The notes: generated from the sequence alone by a model not told the origin. A stretch of DNA of 64,000 bases from an uncultured Verrucomicrobiota bacterium (GCA_903873415.1 CAIQOK010000121.1:1486-65485); one strand, 5' to 3'. Positions 29,394 through 39,717 are shown, counted from the stretch's first letter. Translations and numbers: made by a program.

Positions 29394-31139
29394 TCAAACT
29401 TGGGCGGGCATCCCGATGTCGAGAGCGATTTTATTGGCCCCGTCCGCATCCACCCAGCGGACCAGCGCGAGAAAATTCACCAGCGTGGGGCTGTTCGGGT
29501 TGACTTTGAACATGTTCTTAAGACTGTTGACCACCTTGTTGTAGGCGGCGGAATATTTTTCATGCTTCAGCCGTGTCACATACGTTTCCATCACCGCCCG
29601 GGCGATCGGGTCCGTCTTCCCATCGGGCAGATACGGCAGTTGGCAGAAAATACGGATCAGGGAGATCGGATCGGTTTCGATCAGCGTGATCCAGCTTTGT
29701 TTGATTTCATCGGCATCGTAACGGGCGTGGAGTCGGTCGCGAAAGGCGGCGGCGATCACCGCGGGCTCCGCGCGGCCCAATAGCTGTCCTTTGATTTTTT
29801 CCCAGGCCATCTCCCGGTCCGTTTCCGGCGACACTGTGGGCTGAGCGTTCAATTCCGCCTCCAGCCCCGGGATTTTCAATTCGCGGGCGACCGCCTTGCC
29901 CAGCCCTTCGGCTTCCTCTTTGCGCAAACGATCCGAGGACATGATGGCGCGCACAACGAGCCGCTGCATATCCGGAGGGATCAGTCGCACCACCCCGGCC
30001 AGAGGTGGCGCCTCGGGCACCGTTTTCCCCGGGATGAGATGGCGGACGTATTCCGGGATGAGCTGATGCAGGTCGGACACCTTTTCCCCGCGCAGAGCCA
30101 GCACGTATTTGAGCGTCTTGGCCGTGCCGCCGCTCTTTCCGATATTATTGACCACCATGGCGCGATGGTCCTGGGCCATGATGCACGACAGGAGGACTTC
30201 GGCGGATTGAATCAACTTCTCGTCCAAATTCTCCTGCGCCCCGCTGACGACCAATTGTTCGACCAACGCGGGGAGCCGCTGGGCAAAGAGAACATCGGGC
30301 GCTTCGGTGGCTTGATTTTTATAGTAATGAAGCAGCTCGAGAATGAAGGAGAGTTTTTGAAAGACCCGCCGCTGGTTCCGGGCACCCTCGGTGGCGGACT
30401 TGCTGACCTGCACCCGCTGAAATAAATCCAGCAGCTCCGCCTCACGGTGCGATGCCAGCGAGGGTTGTTGCTGCAGCAACACTTGAAAATCAGCTTTGAA
30501 CCCGAGCGCAATCTCCTCCGCCTTGGGGCGCGGATTGAGTTTGGCGTCCGTGGTCAGGTCGTTGAAAAAGAAAAGGGCCGGCTCGCCAAACTCACGCAGG
30601 ATGCGCTCACGCGGGATCTGACCCTTGATGAAACAGCGGTTGGCCCTGACAGCCTTGGGCGAAAAGAATCCCTCCGGTTGGCTGAGCAGCGACTGCAAAA
30701 AATCGGTTTCCAGCGGCACCCTCAAACCAAGCAACTCCTCCACAGCCGGTTTGATGGCCGACAGGAGATCGCGCTTTGTCTGGTCCAGCGCTTTAAGCAG
30801 TCCGGGTTGAGGCAACCCGGAGTCGATCTTCCCATTGAGCAGCGCGGCCAGCATCTCGTTGACCTGCTTGTTGTGCTCCACCAGTTTGGACACCACCACG
30901 CCAATGTCGTTGATGGGCAGTTTGCTCACCAGGCCGGTAAGCAGCAGTATCAGCTCCGAGTGGGATTTCTGGCGGTGTTGGATGACCCGTTCCACCAGGA
31001 AACGCAGCGCTTTGTTTTCACCTTGCAGAAGGCCCTTCTCCGCTTCCAGTTGGCCCACCCGCAAAAGCAAGTCATGCCAGCCCTGCTGTATCTCCTCGAT
31101 AGAAGCCGCTTTTTGCGGCAGCGTCACAGTTTCAGACAT
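29394..31139 (-). CDS. Uncharacterised 581-aa soluble, predominantly helical protein
   Basis: ATG 31139 (MSETVTLPQK...). N-terminal coiled-coil-like stretch (LLLRVGQLEAEKGLLQGENKALRFLVERV). No TM segment, signal peptide or catalytic motif that I recognise. Coding character is clear (long ORF, balanced composition). Confidence 0.7.
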   Translation of the reverse strand: MSETVTLPQKAASIEEIQQGWHDLLLRVGQLEAEKGLLQGENKALRFLVERVIQHRQKSHSELILLLTGLVSKLPINDIGVVVSKLVEHNKQVNEMLAALLNGKIDSGLPQPGLLKALDQTKRDLLSAIKPAVEELLGLRVPLETDFLQSLLSQPEGFFSPKAVRANRCFIKGQIPRERILREFGEPALFFFNDLTTDAKLNPRPKAEEIALGFKADFQVLLQQQPSLASHREAELLDLFQRVQVSKSATEGARNQRRVFQKLSFILELLHYYKNQATEAPDVLFAQRLPALVEQLVVSGAQENLDEKLIQSAEVLLSCIMAQDHRAMVVNNIGKSGGTAKTLKYVLALRGEKVSDLHQLIPEYVRHLIPGKTVPEAPPLAGVVRLIPPDMQRLVVRAIMSSDRLRKEEAEGLGKAVARELKIPGLEAELNAQPTVSPETDREMAWEKIKGQLLGRAEPAVIAAAFRDRLHARYDADEIKQSWITLIETDPISLIRIFCQLPYLPDGKTDPIARAVMETYVTRLKHEKYSAAYNKVVNSLKNMFKVNPNSPTLVNFLALVRWVDADGANKIALDIGMPAQV

Positions 31140-31281
31140 GCGTTCACTTTGCACCAATCGGCATCCCCTTTTCCATCCATTTTTTTCCAACCCGCTTTCC
31201 CCCTGACCGGCCCGGAGCCTTTTCACCCCAAAATCGTCAGCGCGATCCCGGTCAGGATGCCAAGGACGGCCGGCAGTTTTT

Positions 31282-32118
31282 TTAAGCCGTTGCGTTCCCC
31301 AAAAAAATCAACCCTCCGGCAAACCCCACCAGCGTGCTGCCTCGGCGCAGGCTCATCACCATCGAAACCATCGACTCCGGACGATGGATCGCGCCGAAGT
31401 AAATGTAGTCGGCCACCAGCAATGCCAGGGCGATGCAGGGAATGCTCCAGCGCCAATGAAACCCGTTGCGCTTCCACCACCGAAACCGCCAACCAATGGC
31501 AAAGGGGGTGAAGAACACCACCAGATAGATCGAAAACCAAGCTTGCACGGTGGGCACGGAAAAACCTGCGGGCCCCAGCAGGTATTTGTCATACAGAGCG
31601 CTGGTCGCACCGAGGATCATTCCCACGAGCAAGAACCCAACCCACTTGTTCCGGTGAAAGTTCACCCCCTCATGCCGCCCTGCCAAGGAAAGTCCGATGA
31701 AGGATATCAGCGTGGTCAGAATCCCGACCGTCTCAATCCAGGAGGGGCGCTCCCCCAGCAGCAGCACCGCCCCCAGAAGTGTCAGCAACGGACTGGTCGC
31801 CCGGATCGGGGATCCTAAGGTCAGCGGCAGATGCTTCAGGCCGAGGTAGGTGAAGATCCAGGATGCCGCAACGATGGTTGATTTCAGGGCCAGCTGAAGG
31901 TGCTGGTGGATCGTCAACGCATCGGTGATGAGGGGGTGGGGCAGGAGGTCTGGGCGAAACGCCTGGAGCGCCAATGACACAGTCCACACCGCCGCTCCGG
32001 TCAGGGTGCTCAGAAAGAGCACCGGGACGACGTCGTTGCCGTTGACGGCGTGCTTGGTGCAAAGCTCGTAGATGCCCAGAAACAGGGCGGAGAAGAGGCT
32101 TGCGGCAATCCAGTGCAT
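31282..32118 (-). CDS. EamA/DMT-family transporter
   Basis: ATG 32118 (MHWIAASLFSALFLGIYELCTKHAV...). About ten hydrophobic helices in a duplicated EamA-like arrangement. Confidence 0.8.
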   Translation of the reverse strand: MHWIAASLFSALFLGIYELCTKHAVNGNDVVPVLFLSTLTGAAVWTVSLALQAFRPDLLPHPLITDALTIHQHLQLALKSTIVAASWIFTYLGLKHLPLTLGSPIRATSPLLTLLGAVLLLGERPSWIETVGILTTLISFIGLSLAGRHEGVNFHRNKWVGFLLVGMILGATSALYDKYLLGPAGFSVPTVQAWFSIYLVVFFTPFAIGWRFRWWKRNGFHWRWSIPCIALALLVADYIYFGAIHRPESMVSMVMSLRRGSTLVGFAGGLIFLGNATA

Positions 32119-32148
32119 AAAAAAAGGCGCCCTTGCGGGCGCCTTTTT
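32119..32148 (-). terminator. Bidirectional-looking rho-independent terminator downstream of tsf
   Basis: Stem ggcgccc/gggcgcc with loop ttgc, flanked by A7 (32119-32125) and T5 (32144-32148). Confidence 0.75.
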
Positions 32149-32164
32149 GAAAACTTGCCGGAAA

Positions 32165-33010
32165 TCAGGCCTCGACTTCGCCGACTTGGAAACGCACGAA
32201 GCGGCGGATGACAATCTCGTCGTCCAACTGCTTGGCCACGTTGGCCACATGTTCCTTCACACTGATCTCGGAGTTCATCTTGACGAAACCCTGATCAACT
32301 AGGCAATAGGTCTGATAAAACTTGTCGATGACGCCTTGAAGGATTTTCTCCATGGCTGCGGCGGGCTTGTCCTTTAGCCGGTCGGACTGGGCGGCGATTT
32401 CGCGCTCCTTGGCGATCACTGCAGGGGCAACCTGCTCGCGTGAGACGGCAAAGGGATGGCCGGCCGCGATCTGCAAGGTGATGTCTTTGACCAGCTGCTT
32501 GAACTGGTCGGAGGCGGGGGTGGTTTCCTTGCCCGAGCCCACTTCGACGAGAACGCCGATTTTCGAACCGGCGTGGATGTAGGCGGCAATCAACCCGTTG
32601 CCGCTGACTTCCATCCGGGCATTGCGGGTGATCTTGATGTTCTCGCCAATCTTCGCCACGGCGGCTTCGCGCTCGGCTTCCAGGTTGGCATTGGGATTTT
32701 CAGCCAGCTTGCGGGCGATCTCCTCGCCGAAGGAGCGAAACGAATCGTTGCGGGCAACAAAATCTGTTTCGCAATTGATTTCAACCAGCATGCCGAGCTT
32801 GCCGCCGGGCATGATGTGCTGGGCAATGATGCCGTCGTTGGCGGCGCGGGAGGCTTTCTTGGCCGCGGTGGCTGTGCCCTTCTTGCGCAACGCATCCACG
32901 GCTCCATCCAGGTCGCCGTTCGCTTCCACCAAGGCTTTCTTACAGTCCATCAGGCCTGCGCCGGTGATTTCGCGCAGCTTGCCTACGAGTGCGGGGGTGA
33001 TTTCTGCCAT
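32165..33010 (-). CDS. tsf: Translation elongation factor Ts
   Basis: MAEITPALVGKLREITGAGLMDCKKALVEANGDLDGAVDALRKKG is the UBA-like N-terminal signature. Sits downstream of rpsB. Confidence 0.97.
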   Translation of the reverse strand: MAEITPALVGKLREITGAGLMDCKKALVEANGDLDGAVDALRKKGTATAAKKASRAANDGIIAQHIMPGGKLGMLVEINCETDFVARNDSFRSFGEEIARKLAENPNANLEAEREAAVAKIGENIKITRNARMEVSGNGLIAAYIHAGSKIGVLVEVGSGKETTPASDQFKQLVKDITLQIAAGHPFAVSREQVAPAVIAKEREIAAQSDRLKDKPAAAMEKILQGVIDKFYQTYCLVDQGFVKMNSEISVKEHVANVAKQLDDEIVIRRFVRFQVGEVEA

Positions 33011-33108
33011 AAAAATTCTTAGAGGTAAGATTTTAAAAGGTGTGGGATGAGATTGAAAAGGCAGCTCCGGAATTCACCGGAACGACCGTCTCCAAACTCA
33101 AAGACGCT

Positions 33109-33924
33109 TCAAAGCGCGGAAATCTCCGGATTTGACACATTCGCACCAGTCGCCGGTTCCACCGGGACGGAGGAGTCGGGCGAATGACCGCCTTGCGCCG
33201 CAGGATCTTCAACGCGATTGCGACGGGATGACTTCGCCTCGAATTCGGCCCGGGCACGCATTACGGTCTGGGATATGGTGCTCAGGATCACACGCACGGA
33301 GCGAATTGCGTCGTCGTTGCCCGCAATTGGATAGTCCACCAGATCCGGGTCGGCATTGGTGTCGGTCAAAGCCACCACGGGGATCTTGAGGCGGCGGGCC
33401 TCGGCCACCGCGTTGTGCTCGCGCTTGACGTCCACGACGAACATGGCTCCGGGATACTTGTCCATGTTGCGGATGCCGTCGAAATACTTCACCTGACGGG
33501 CCGCCTCACGGCGGATCATGGACTGCTCCTGCTTCACGTAGTTGCTGATGGATCCGTCAGTTTCCATCTTCTCAATCTCTTTCATCCGGGCGATTGACCG
33601 TTTGATGGTCTGGAAATTAGTGAGGGTGCCGCCCAGCCAGCGTTCGGTGACGTAGAACTGGCCGCATTCTTTGGCCGTCTCGGTGACCGCCAACTGGGCT
33701 TGCTTCTTGGTTCCGACAAACAGCACGCGCTGACCCTTGGAAACTATGGAGGTGAGAAAATCGCAGGCCGCTTCCAGCTGCACAATCGTCTTGCTTAGGT
33801 CGATGATGTGAATGCCGTTGCGGGCATCAAAGATGAAAGGCTTCATCTTCGGGTTCCAACGCTTTGTTTGGTGTCCGAAATGAACACCTGATTCCAACAA
33901 TTCTTTTACGCCGATGCTGATCAC
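33109..33924 (-). CDS. rpsB: 30S ribosomal protein S2
   Basis: GTG start. KELLESGVHFGHQTKRWNPKMKPFIF, ILFVGTKKQA, TERWLGGTLTNF and VDVKREHNAVAEARRLKIPVVALTDTN. Confidence 0.97.
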   Translation of the reverse strand: MISIGVKELLESGVHFGHQTKRWNPKMKPFIFDARNGIHIIDLSKTIVQLEAACDFLTSIVSKGQRVLFVGTKKQAQLAVTETAKECGQFYVTERWLGGTLTNFQTIKRSIARMKEIEKMETDGSISNYVKQEQSMIRREAARQVKYFDGIRNMDKYPGAMFVVDVKREHNAVAEARRLKIPVVALTDTNADPDLVDYPIAGNDDAIRSVRVILSTISQTVMRARAEFEAKSSRRNRVEDPAAQGGHSPDSSVPVEPATGANVSNPEISAL

Positions 33925-34288
33925 AGTTTTTTCCTTTGGTTAAAACCCCGGTTTTCGAGGCATCCCGCGGAACACGGGATTGGTTTCGATGTTGTTTTGG
34001 CCGCCCGATCCCACAAGGAATCAGAACTTCAGGCCGTTTCTCCTAATCACCGACTTCGCGCGCAAGCCGCTCGTCGTCAAAAAGGAAGTCTGATCTTATC
34101 AAGGAACGACCCGCTGGCAACGTTTATTTGAAATCTTTTTCATGGCGATCCCTAGAAACCTTGCCCGGCCCCGGCTCAAGATGATTGCATCTTGGGTTCG
34201 GAGGCTTTCTGGAAAGATTCCGATCTGTAAGGCTTGCCTTGGAGAGGGGTTCAGGAGGAAAATCACCGGATACAAATTAAAGATCCCG

Positions 34289-35932
34289 ATGAATTTCGCA
34301 ATTACCCTCTTTCTGCTCGCCCTCCTGTCTTTCCGGACTGCCGCGGCCGACACGAACCCGCCCCCAGTCATTCCCCTGCCCTGCCATATTGAACGCGGGG
34401 TCGGTGTGTTCAGAGTCACCCCGTCGACCCGCATCTTTGCCGACATTCCGTCTCGCGACGTTGCAGGGCAACTCGCCGGCCGCCTGCGCGCCGCCACCGG
34501 TTATCCCCTTCACGTTACCATGGAGCCCCCCCCGAAAAACCCGAAGGACGTCATCCTTCTCACGCTGCAATCCTCCAACATTTCAACCGACTCCGAAGCC
34601 TACGAACTGACCGTTTCGACCAGCGCCATTCGGCTTGGCGCGCAAGCTCAGGCCGGACTTTTTTACGGAGTCCAAACCCTCCTGCAGCTCCTGCCGCCGG
34701 AGGTTTTCCGGTCCTCCCCGGTCTCCGGCATGGATTGGTCCATTCCCTCGGTTGAAATTCATGACCGCCCCCGCTATGCCTGGCGGGGCATGATGCTGGA
34801 TGTGGGGCGTCACTTTATCAAAGCCGATGAAATCAAACGCATGCTCGATCTGATGGCCCTGCACAAACTAAACACCTTCCACTGGCATCTGGTGGACGAC
34901 CAGGGATGGCGTATCCAGATAAAAAAGTATCCGCGCCTGACTGAAGTGGGGGCCTGGCGTGACACATCTCCGCCCTATGGCGACCGCCACTCGGACGACA
35001 GTTTGCGGCATGGCGGATTTTATACGCAAACCCAGATCCGGGAGATTGTGGCCTATGCCGCCGCCCTTCATATCAGGGTCATTCCAGAAATCGAAATGCC
35101 CGGACACGCCGCTGCCGCCATCGCCGCCTATCCGCGCTTTGGCAACGACGATGTCACCAACTTCGCCCCGAAAGTCGTCACCCGTTGGGGCGTGCAGCCC
35201 TACACCTTCGCTCCAAAGGAGGAAACCTTCCGGTTTCTGGAAGGCGTCCTGGACGAGGTCTGTGGTCTTTTCCCCTCCCGCTTCATCCATATTGGCGGCG
35301 ATGAGGCCCCAAAAAAACAGTGGAAACAATCCCCCTTCGCCCAAAGCGTGATGCGCCGCGAACACCTGCAGACCGAGGAGGAACTCCAGAGCTGGTTCGT
35401 GCGTCGCATCGAGACTTATCTCTCCTCCAAACACCGGCGCCTGGTGGGATGGGACGAGATCCAGGAAGGCGGCTTGCCCAAAACCGCCACCCTGATGGCG
35501 TGGCGCGACGCCAAGTGGGCCAGGCACGCTCTGTCCCTGGGCAACGACGTTGTGATGGCCACCACGACACACACCTACCTCGATTACTACCAGGCCCCGG
35601 CCTCGGAGGAACTGGCCCGCGGCAAACAATTCGAAGCCATCGGAGGCCTGCTGCCGCTGCAAAAAGTCTATTCCTACAATCCCGCTTTCGTGGCCGAGAA
35701 TCCCGATCAGGAAAAACACATCCTCGGCACCCAGGGCCAGGTCTGGGGTGAATATGTGAAGGATGGAAAAAAAGCCGAATACATGGCCTACCCTCGATTG
35801 ACAGCACTCGCAGAGGTGGCGTGGTCGGCTCAGGCTGACCGCGACTATGCCGGTTTCACCCGGCGCTTGCAGACCCACCTGCTACGTCTGAATGCTTTGG
35901 GCGTGAATTATTATCGACCCCCCAATCCGTAG
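34289..35932 (+). CDS. Beta-N-acetylhexosaminidase (GH20), secreted
   Basis: ATG 34289 with signal peptide MNFAITLFLLALLSFRTAAA. YAWRGMMLDVGRHF, NTFHWHLVDDQGWR and the catalytic pair in IHIGGDEAP. Confidence 0.92.
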   Translation: MNFAITLFLLALLSFRTAAADTNPPPVIPLPCHIERGVGVFRVTPSTRIFADIPSRDVAGQLAGRLRAATGYPLHVTMEPPPKNPKDVILLTLQSSNISTDSEAYELTVSTSAIRLGAQAQAGLFYGVQTLLQLLPPEVFRSSPVSGMDWSIPSVEIHDRPRYAWRGMMLDVGRHFIKADEIKRMLDLMALHKLNTFHWHLVDDQGWRIQIKKYPRLTEVGAWRDTSPPYGDRHSDDSLRHGGFYTQTQIREIVAYAAALHIRVIPEIEMPGHAAAAIAAYPRFGNDDVTNFAPKVVTRWGVQPYTFAPKEETFRFLEGVLDEVCGLFPSRFIHIGGDEAPKKQWKQSPFAQSVMRREHLQTEEELQSWFVRRIETYLSSKHRRLVGWDEIQEGGLPKTATLMAWRDAKWARHALSLGNDVVMATTTHTYLDYYQAPASEELARGKQFEAIGGLLPLQKVYSYNPAFVAENPDQEKHILGTQGQVWGEYVKDGKKAEYMAYPRLTALAEVAWSAQADRDYAGFTRRLQTHLLRLNALGVNYYRPPNP

Positions 35933-36224
35933 GGAACGGGACCGTTAGGCCGCAGGCACTGGCTCTTGTCACTGTCCGGATAGTTGCCGGATGGACGGTG
36001 CCGGGCTGCGGATGCGGTTTTTAGAAAAGGGCTGAGGACAATTCCTTGGGATGGAATGGCAACCATCCCCCCAGTTCGCGCCGCAGCGTAGCTGGACCGG
36101 CTAAAAACACAACCGCGTTGGGGCCTCGGGCTGAGGCGCTCAAACCATATCAAAGCCCGGGCGGTTTTTTCCCAACGCACTACCGCACATGGCTGAGGCC
36201 GTGGGTTCTGAAGGGGCCTCTGTA

Positions 36225-36662
36225 TTATTGCGCCAGGCTGGCCTTCCAAGTGCCGCCCTTGGCTCCTTCGATTTGATAAGTGCCCTCAAGCGAGCTGCCG
36301 GATTGATTCCCGGTCATGGTCACCACGCCGCTGTTGCCCCGCACATCATAGCCATAGGTCAAGCGCAACCGATCGCCGCTCACCTCCACGGACTTCATGG
36401 TGGTGGGGACCTCTTCACCTTCAAAAGTGAACGAAACCTTGGCTTCCCAGCGGGCTCCGGCTGGGGATTTCAAATCCACCTTCAACTTGCCTGTCGCGCC
36501 GTCCGCACCGGTCCATTGGCCCGAATAATTCCCGGCGGCAAAGGCAGAGGTGTGTTTTTGAGAAGTGGCCGCCGCAGTGGCGCTGCAGGAGCCATTGGCG
36601 GATTTCATGGCGCAACCGGCCAGCAGTGAAATCGAGAGAGCGAGCGGGAGCAGGAGCTTCAT
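36225..36662 (-). CDS. Small lipoprotein, function unknown
   Basis: ATG 36662. MKLLLPLALSISLLAGC contains a lipobox (LLAGC). 145 aa and beta-rich. Confidence 0.6.
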   Translation of the reverse strand: MKLLLPLALSISLLAGCAMKSANGSCSATAAATSQKHTSAFAAGNYSGQWTGADGATGKLKVDLKSPAGARWEAKVSFTFEGEEVPTTMKSVEVSGDRLRLTYGYDVRGNSGVVTMTGNQSGSSLEGTYQIEGAKGGTWKASLAQ

Positions 36663-36896
36663 AGGATTTAATGAATACGCGCCGGAAGTTTCTGCAACGG
36701 CAATTGCGCTTGGGCAACCCCACCCGTGTCCGGCACCGGCACATAGGGCGGCAGCAATTTTAGGCACTCCAGCAATGCCAAACTAGGCCGGCAAAGTAAA
36801 GTCAGGATGGGGGGACAGCAGCGCGCCTTGCCCATGAAGCGGCGATCTCTGGCGTCAGGGGCGCGGTATGTCTATACAAAGGCGTCCTAAAATAAA

Positions 36897-37024
36897 TCCC
36901 CAGCCCCGCAGGGGCGACACGAGCGGTCTGTCCGCGGATATCCCCTCACCCACCCGGCGGGGAGAGGGGCTGGGTGAAGGGCAGGTTGCCTATAAACAGA
37001 CCACTCCGCTGGAGCTTTGAGGAC
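36897..37024 (+). repeat. Composite repeat: R1 5'-end-like segment, GC hairpin, R2 motif
   Basis: tccccagccccgcaggggcgaca (compare the R1 5' end). cccctcacccacccggcggggagagggg is a hairpin-forming segment. cctataaacagaccactccgctggagctttgaggac matches the R2 motif. Confidence 0.65.
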
Positions 37025-37149
37025 GAGGCTGAGAACTGAGGTGTCAAAACAGGATTCATATCGGCTTGGCTTTCTCACACAGCTTCAAAGCCCCCCGACG
37101 CAGCAACCTTTTGATTTGCTTGAATAGCCCGGATGGCGACACTGTTGGG

Positions 37150-37830
37150 ATGAATCGTGCTTTCTGGTTTTTGATGGCCGCCACCGCTCTCTCGTGGGGC
37201 ACCACCATGCCCTGCCACGCCGGCACCGCCCGTAACTTCGCCCAATGGGAACAGGAGATCGCCGGATTTGAACGGAGCGATGCCACCAATCCCCCACCCC
37301 GTCACGCGATTCTTTTTATTGGTTCGTCCACCATCCGCCTCTGGCACACTCTGACAAAGGATTTTCCCGGGCAAAAAACAATCAACCGCGGTTTCGGCGG
37401 ATCACACATCGCCGATGCCACACACTTTGCGGACCGGATTGTGTTTCCCTACGCACCGCGGGCCGTTTTTCTGCGCGCCGGCGGCAACGACCTCAATGCC
37501 GGCAAACCGGTCGCAGAAGTCTTTGCCGACTACCAAGCCTTTGTGGCGGCAGTCCACTCCAGACTGCCAAACACGCAAATCTTCTTCATCGGACTCTGCC
37601 CCAGCCCTTCCCGTTGGGAGCAGCATGACAAGGAACGGGAATTAAACCATCTCGTGGCGTTGGAGTCGGAACATTCTCCGAACCTGAAATACATTGAAAC
37701 CTACGACATGGTCTTGGGCTCTGACGGCCGCCCTCGCCCGGAACTCTTTGTCGCCGACCGCCTTCACTTCAATCCTGCCGGCTACCAACTGCTCGCCGGC
37801 AAGGTCCGACCGTATATACCCAAGCAGTGA
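37150..37830 (+). CDS. SGNH/GDSL-family hydrolase (carbohydrate acetylesterase-like), secreted
   Basis: ATG 37150 with a signal peptide. Block I FIGSST, block II GFGGS, block III GGNDL. A DxxH-type region lies near the C-terminus (ADRLHFN). Confidence 0.8.
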   Translation: MNRAFWFLMAATALSWGTTMPCHAGTARNFAQWEQEIAGFERSDATNPPPRHAILFIGSSTIRLWHTLTKDFPGQKTINRGFGGSHIADATHFADRIVFPYAPRAVFLRAGGNDLNAGKPVAEVFADYQAFVAAVHSRLPNTQIFFIGLCPSPSRWEQHDKERELNHLVALESEHSPNLKYIETYDMVLGSDGRPRPELFVADRLHFNPAGYQLLAGKVRPYIPKQ

Positions 37831-38020
37831 GGGATCCCGCACGAAATCAAGCGGCAGGCCATGAAATCTGCTGCGGGACACCCAATTCGCAGACCGGCGC
37901 GAATTCCCCCGGGACGGATCGGGTCGACGGATCGGGTTGCGGAATTTTCTGTCTTTAACCTTCGCCCGGCGCAAAGGAGTTATGGCGAACCGGTGCGGCT
38001 TTGATCTAATATGCGAACGC

Positions 38021-39424
38021 ATGAATCTTCCGCGTGGCAGCATTGCACTGGCATGTTGTGTATTGTTTTTGGTATCGGCCGATGCCGCCGAGGAACCCCG
38101 CCATTTCAACATCCTTCATATCCATGCCGACGATCACCGGCCCGACGGTCTGCGCGCCTTGGGGAATCCGGTTCTGCAAACCCCGAACCTAGACACTCTT
38201 GTGAGCAACGGTATGAGCTTCACCCGCTGCTACACCATGGGCTCGATGATGCCGGCCGTATGCCTGCCAAGTCGGACCATGATGCTGACCGGCAAGTCTT
38301 GGCTGCGGATTCCCAACGGTCGGGCCCCGGATCTGGATAATTCTCAAACCCTGGCCAAAGTGTTGGGCCGGGCTGGATATGAAACCTTCCACGTCGGCAA
38401 GAGCGGCAACGAATTCAAGGCGGGGATCGAGGCGTTCGACCGCAATATTGTGGTGAACGATCCCTCGCCCGAACTGCGGCGCGGCAGCAGCGAACGCCAT
38501 GCCGATGCCACCATCGAGTTCCTCAAGATCCGGCATAAGACACAGCCATTTTATATCTATTTCGCGCCGCCGGTTCCGCACGATCCCCGGGTGGCCGCCC
38601 CCGAGTTCCACAAGATTTACGATCCTGCATTGATTCCTCTGCCTGCGGCCTTCCTTCCCATGCACCCGTTTAACAATGGCGAAATGGGGATCCGGGACGA
38701 GCAACTCGCACCATGGCCGCGCACCCCGGAAAACACCCGCCAACAACTGGCCGATTATTACGCCTGCGTCAGCGGCCTCGATTATCATGTCGGCCGCGTT
38801 TTTGCCGAACTCAAGGCCGCCGGTCAATGGGACAACACCATTGTCATCTTCACGGGCGACAACGGACTTTCCCTGGGCGAACACGGCCTTTTCGGCAAAC
38901 AGAATCTCTATGAATTTGGCGGAATGCACGTTCCCTGCGTCATTGCAGGCCCCGGTATCCGCCACGGCCGCAGCGAGGCTTTCATCTACCTGATGGACCT
39001 CTTCCCAACCTTCTGCGACTTGAGCGGGGCATCCCTCCCAGCTGGCATCGAAGGCAAAAGTCTGGCCCCCCTGCTGCACGGAGAGGAAATGCCGCTGCGC
39101 AAGGCTCTTTACACCGGCTACCGGCAATGTCAAAGGGCCGTGCGCGACGACCGCTGGAAACTCATCCGTTACCCCGACGTGAACCAAACCCAATTGTTCG
39201 ATCTCCAAAAGGATCCCCACGAGCTGGCGAATCTGGCGAACAAACCGGAATTCGAATCCAGGGTTAAAGAGATGACCCGGCTGCTTCAGGCGGAAATGGC
39301 TCGTTACGGTGACCACCAGGCTCTCGCGATGACCAATCCGAAACCGCCGGAGTGGACGCCGCCGGCGCACAGTGACCGCAAGGTCCCACCCGCCCGACGC
39401 CGCCTTATTCAATCTGAAAAATAA
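38021..39424 (+). CDS. Sulfatase (formylglycine-dependent, arylsulfatase family), secreted
   Basis: Signal peptide. NILHIHADDHR. The sulfatase signature C-x-P-x-R appears as AVCLPSRTMMLTGK. Also GDNG and HG.FGK motifs. Confidence 0.9.
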   Translation: MNLPRGSIALACCVLFLVSADAAEEPRHFNILHIHADDHRPDGLRALGNPVLQTPNLDTLVSNGMSFTRCYTMGSMMPAVCLPSRTMMLTGKSWLRIPNGRAPDLDNSQTLAKVLGRAGYETFHVGKSGNEFKAGIEAFDRNIVVNDPSPELRRGSSERHADATIEFLKIRHKTQPFYIYFAPPVPHDPRVAAPEFHKIYDPALIPLPAAFLPMHPFNNGEMGIRDEQLAPWPRTPENTRQQLADYYACVSGLDYHVGRVFAELKAAGQWDNTIVIFTGDNGLSLGEHGLFGKQNLYEFGGMHVPCVIAGPGIRHGRSEAFIYLMDLFPTFCDLSGASLPAGIEGKSLAPLLHGEEMPLRKALYTGYRQCQRAVRDDRWKLIRYPDVNQTQLFDLQKDPHELANLANKPEFESRVKEMTRLLQAEMARYGDHQALAMTNPKPPEWTPPAHSDRKVPPARRRLIQSEK

Positions 39425-39717
39425 CGGCAGGCGTCGCAGATCGAAATCAGTCCAGGCCTGATCTGATCAAACCTTTGGCGGGCCAAGGCGTGTTCGGACC
39501 ACGCTTCCACCCAGGGCAGCAATGCTTGGCGCGGGGCCTCAGAACAAGCCGGAAGGCCCATCCGCTCTTCGTTCAATAACCGGCGCGACACAAGGTCCAG
39601 ATGCTTGTCGAGCATTGCGTGGAAGTATTGCAACCGCTCCCAGCGTGCGGCATCCATCGGCAGGTCGCAAGCTGCCAGCGGGGTTTCTTGGACTTTGCCC
39701 CAAAGCGCACGGCCCAC
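39409..39717 (-). CDS. Hypothetical 102-aa ORF, possibly the 3' part of a decayed or frameshifted gene
   Basis: ORF overlaps the sulfatase 3' end by 16 nt. An adjacent ORF in another frame (39573-39866) continues upstream. No motif recognised. Confidence 0.25.
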   Translation of the reverse strand: MGRALWGKVQETPLAACDLPMDAARWERLQYFHAMLDKHLDLVSRRLLNEERMGLPACSEAPRQALLPWVEAWSEHALARQRFDQIRPGLISICDACRYFSD

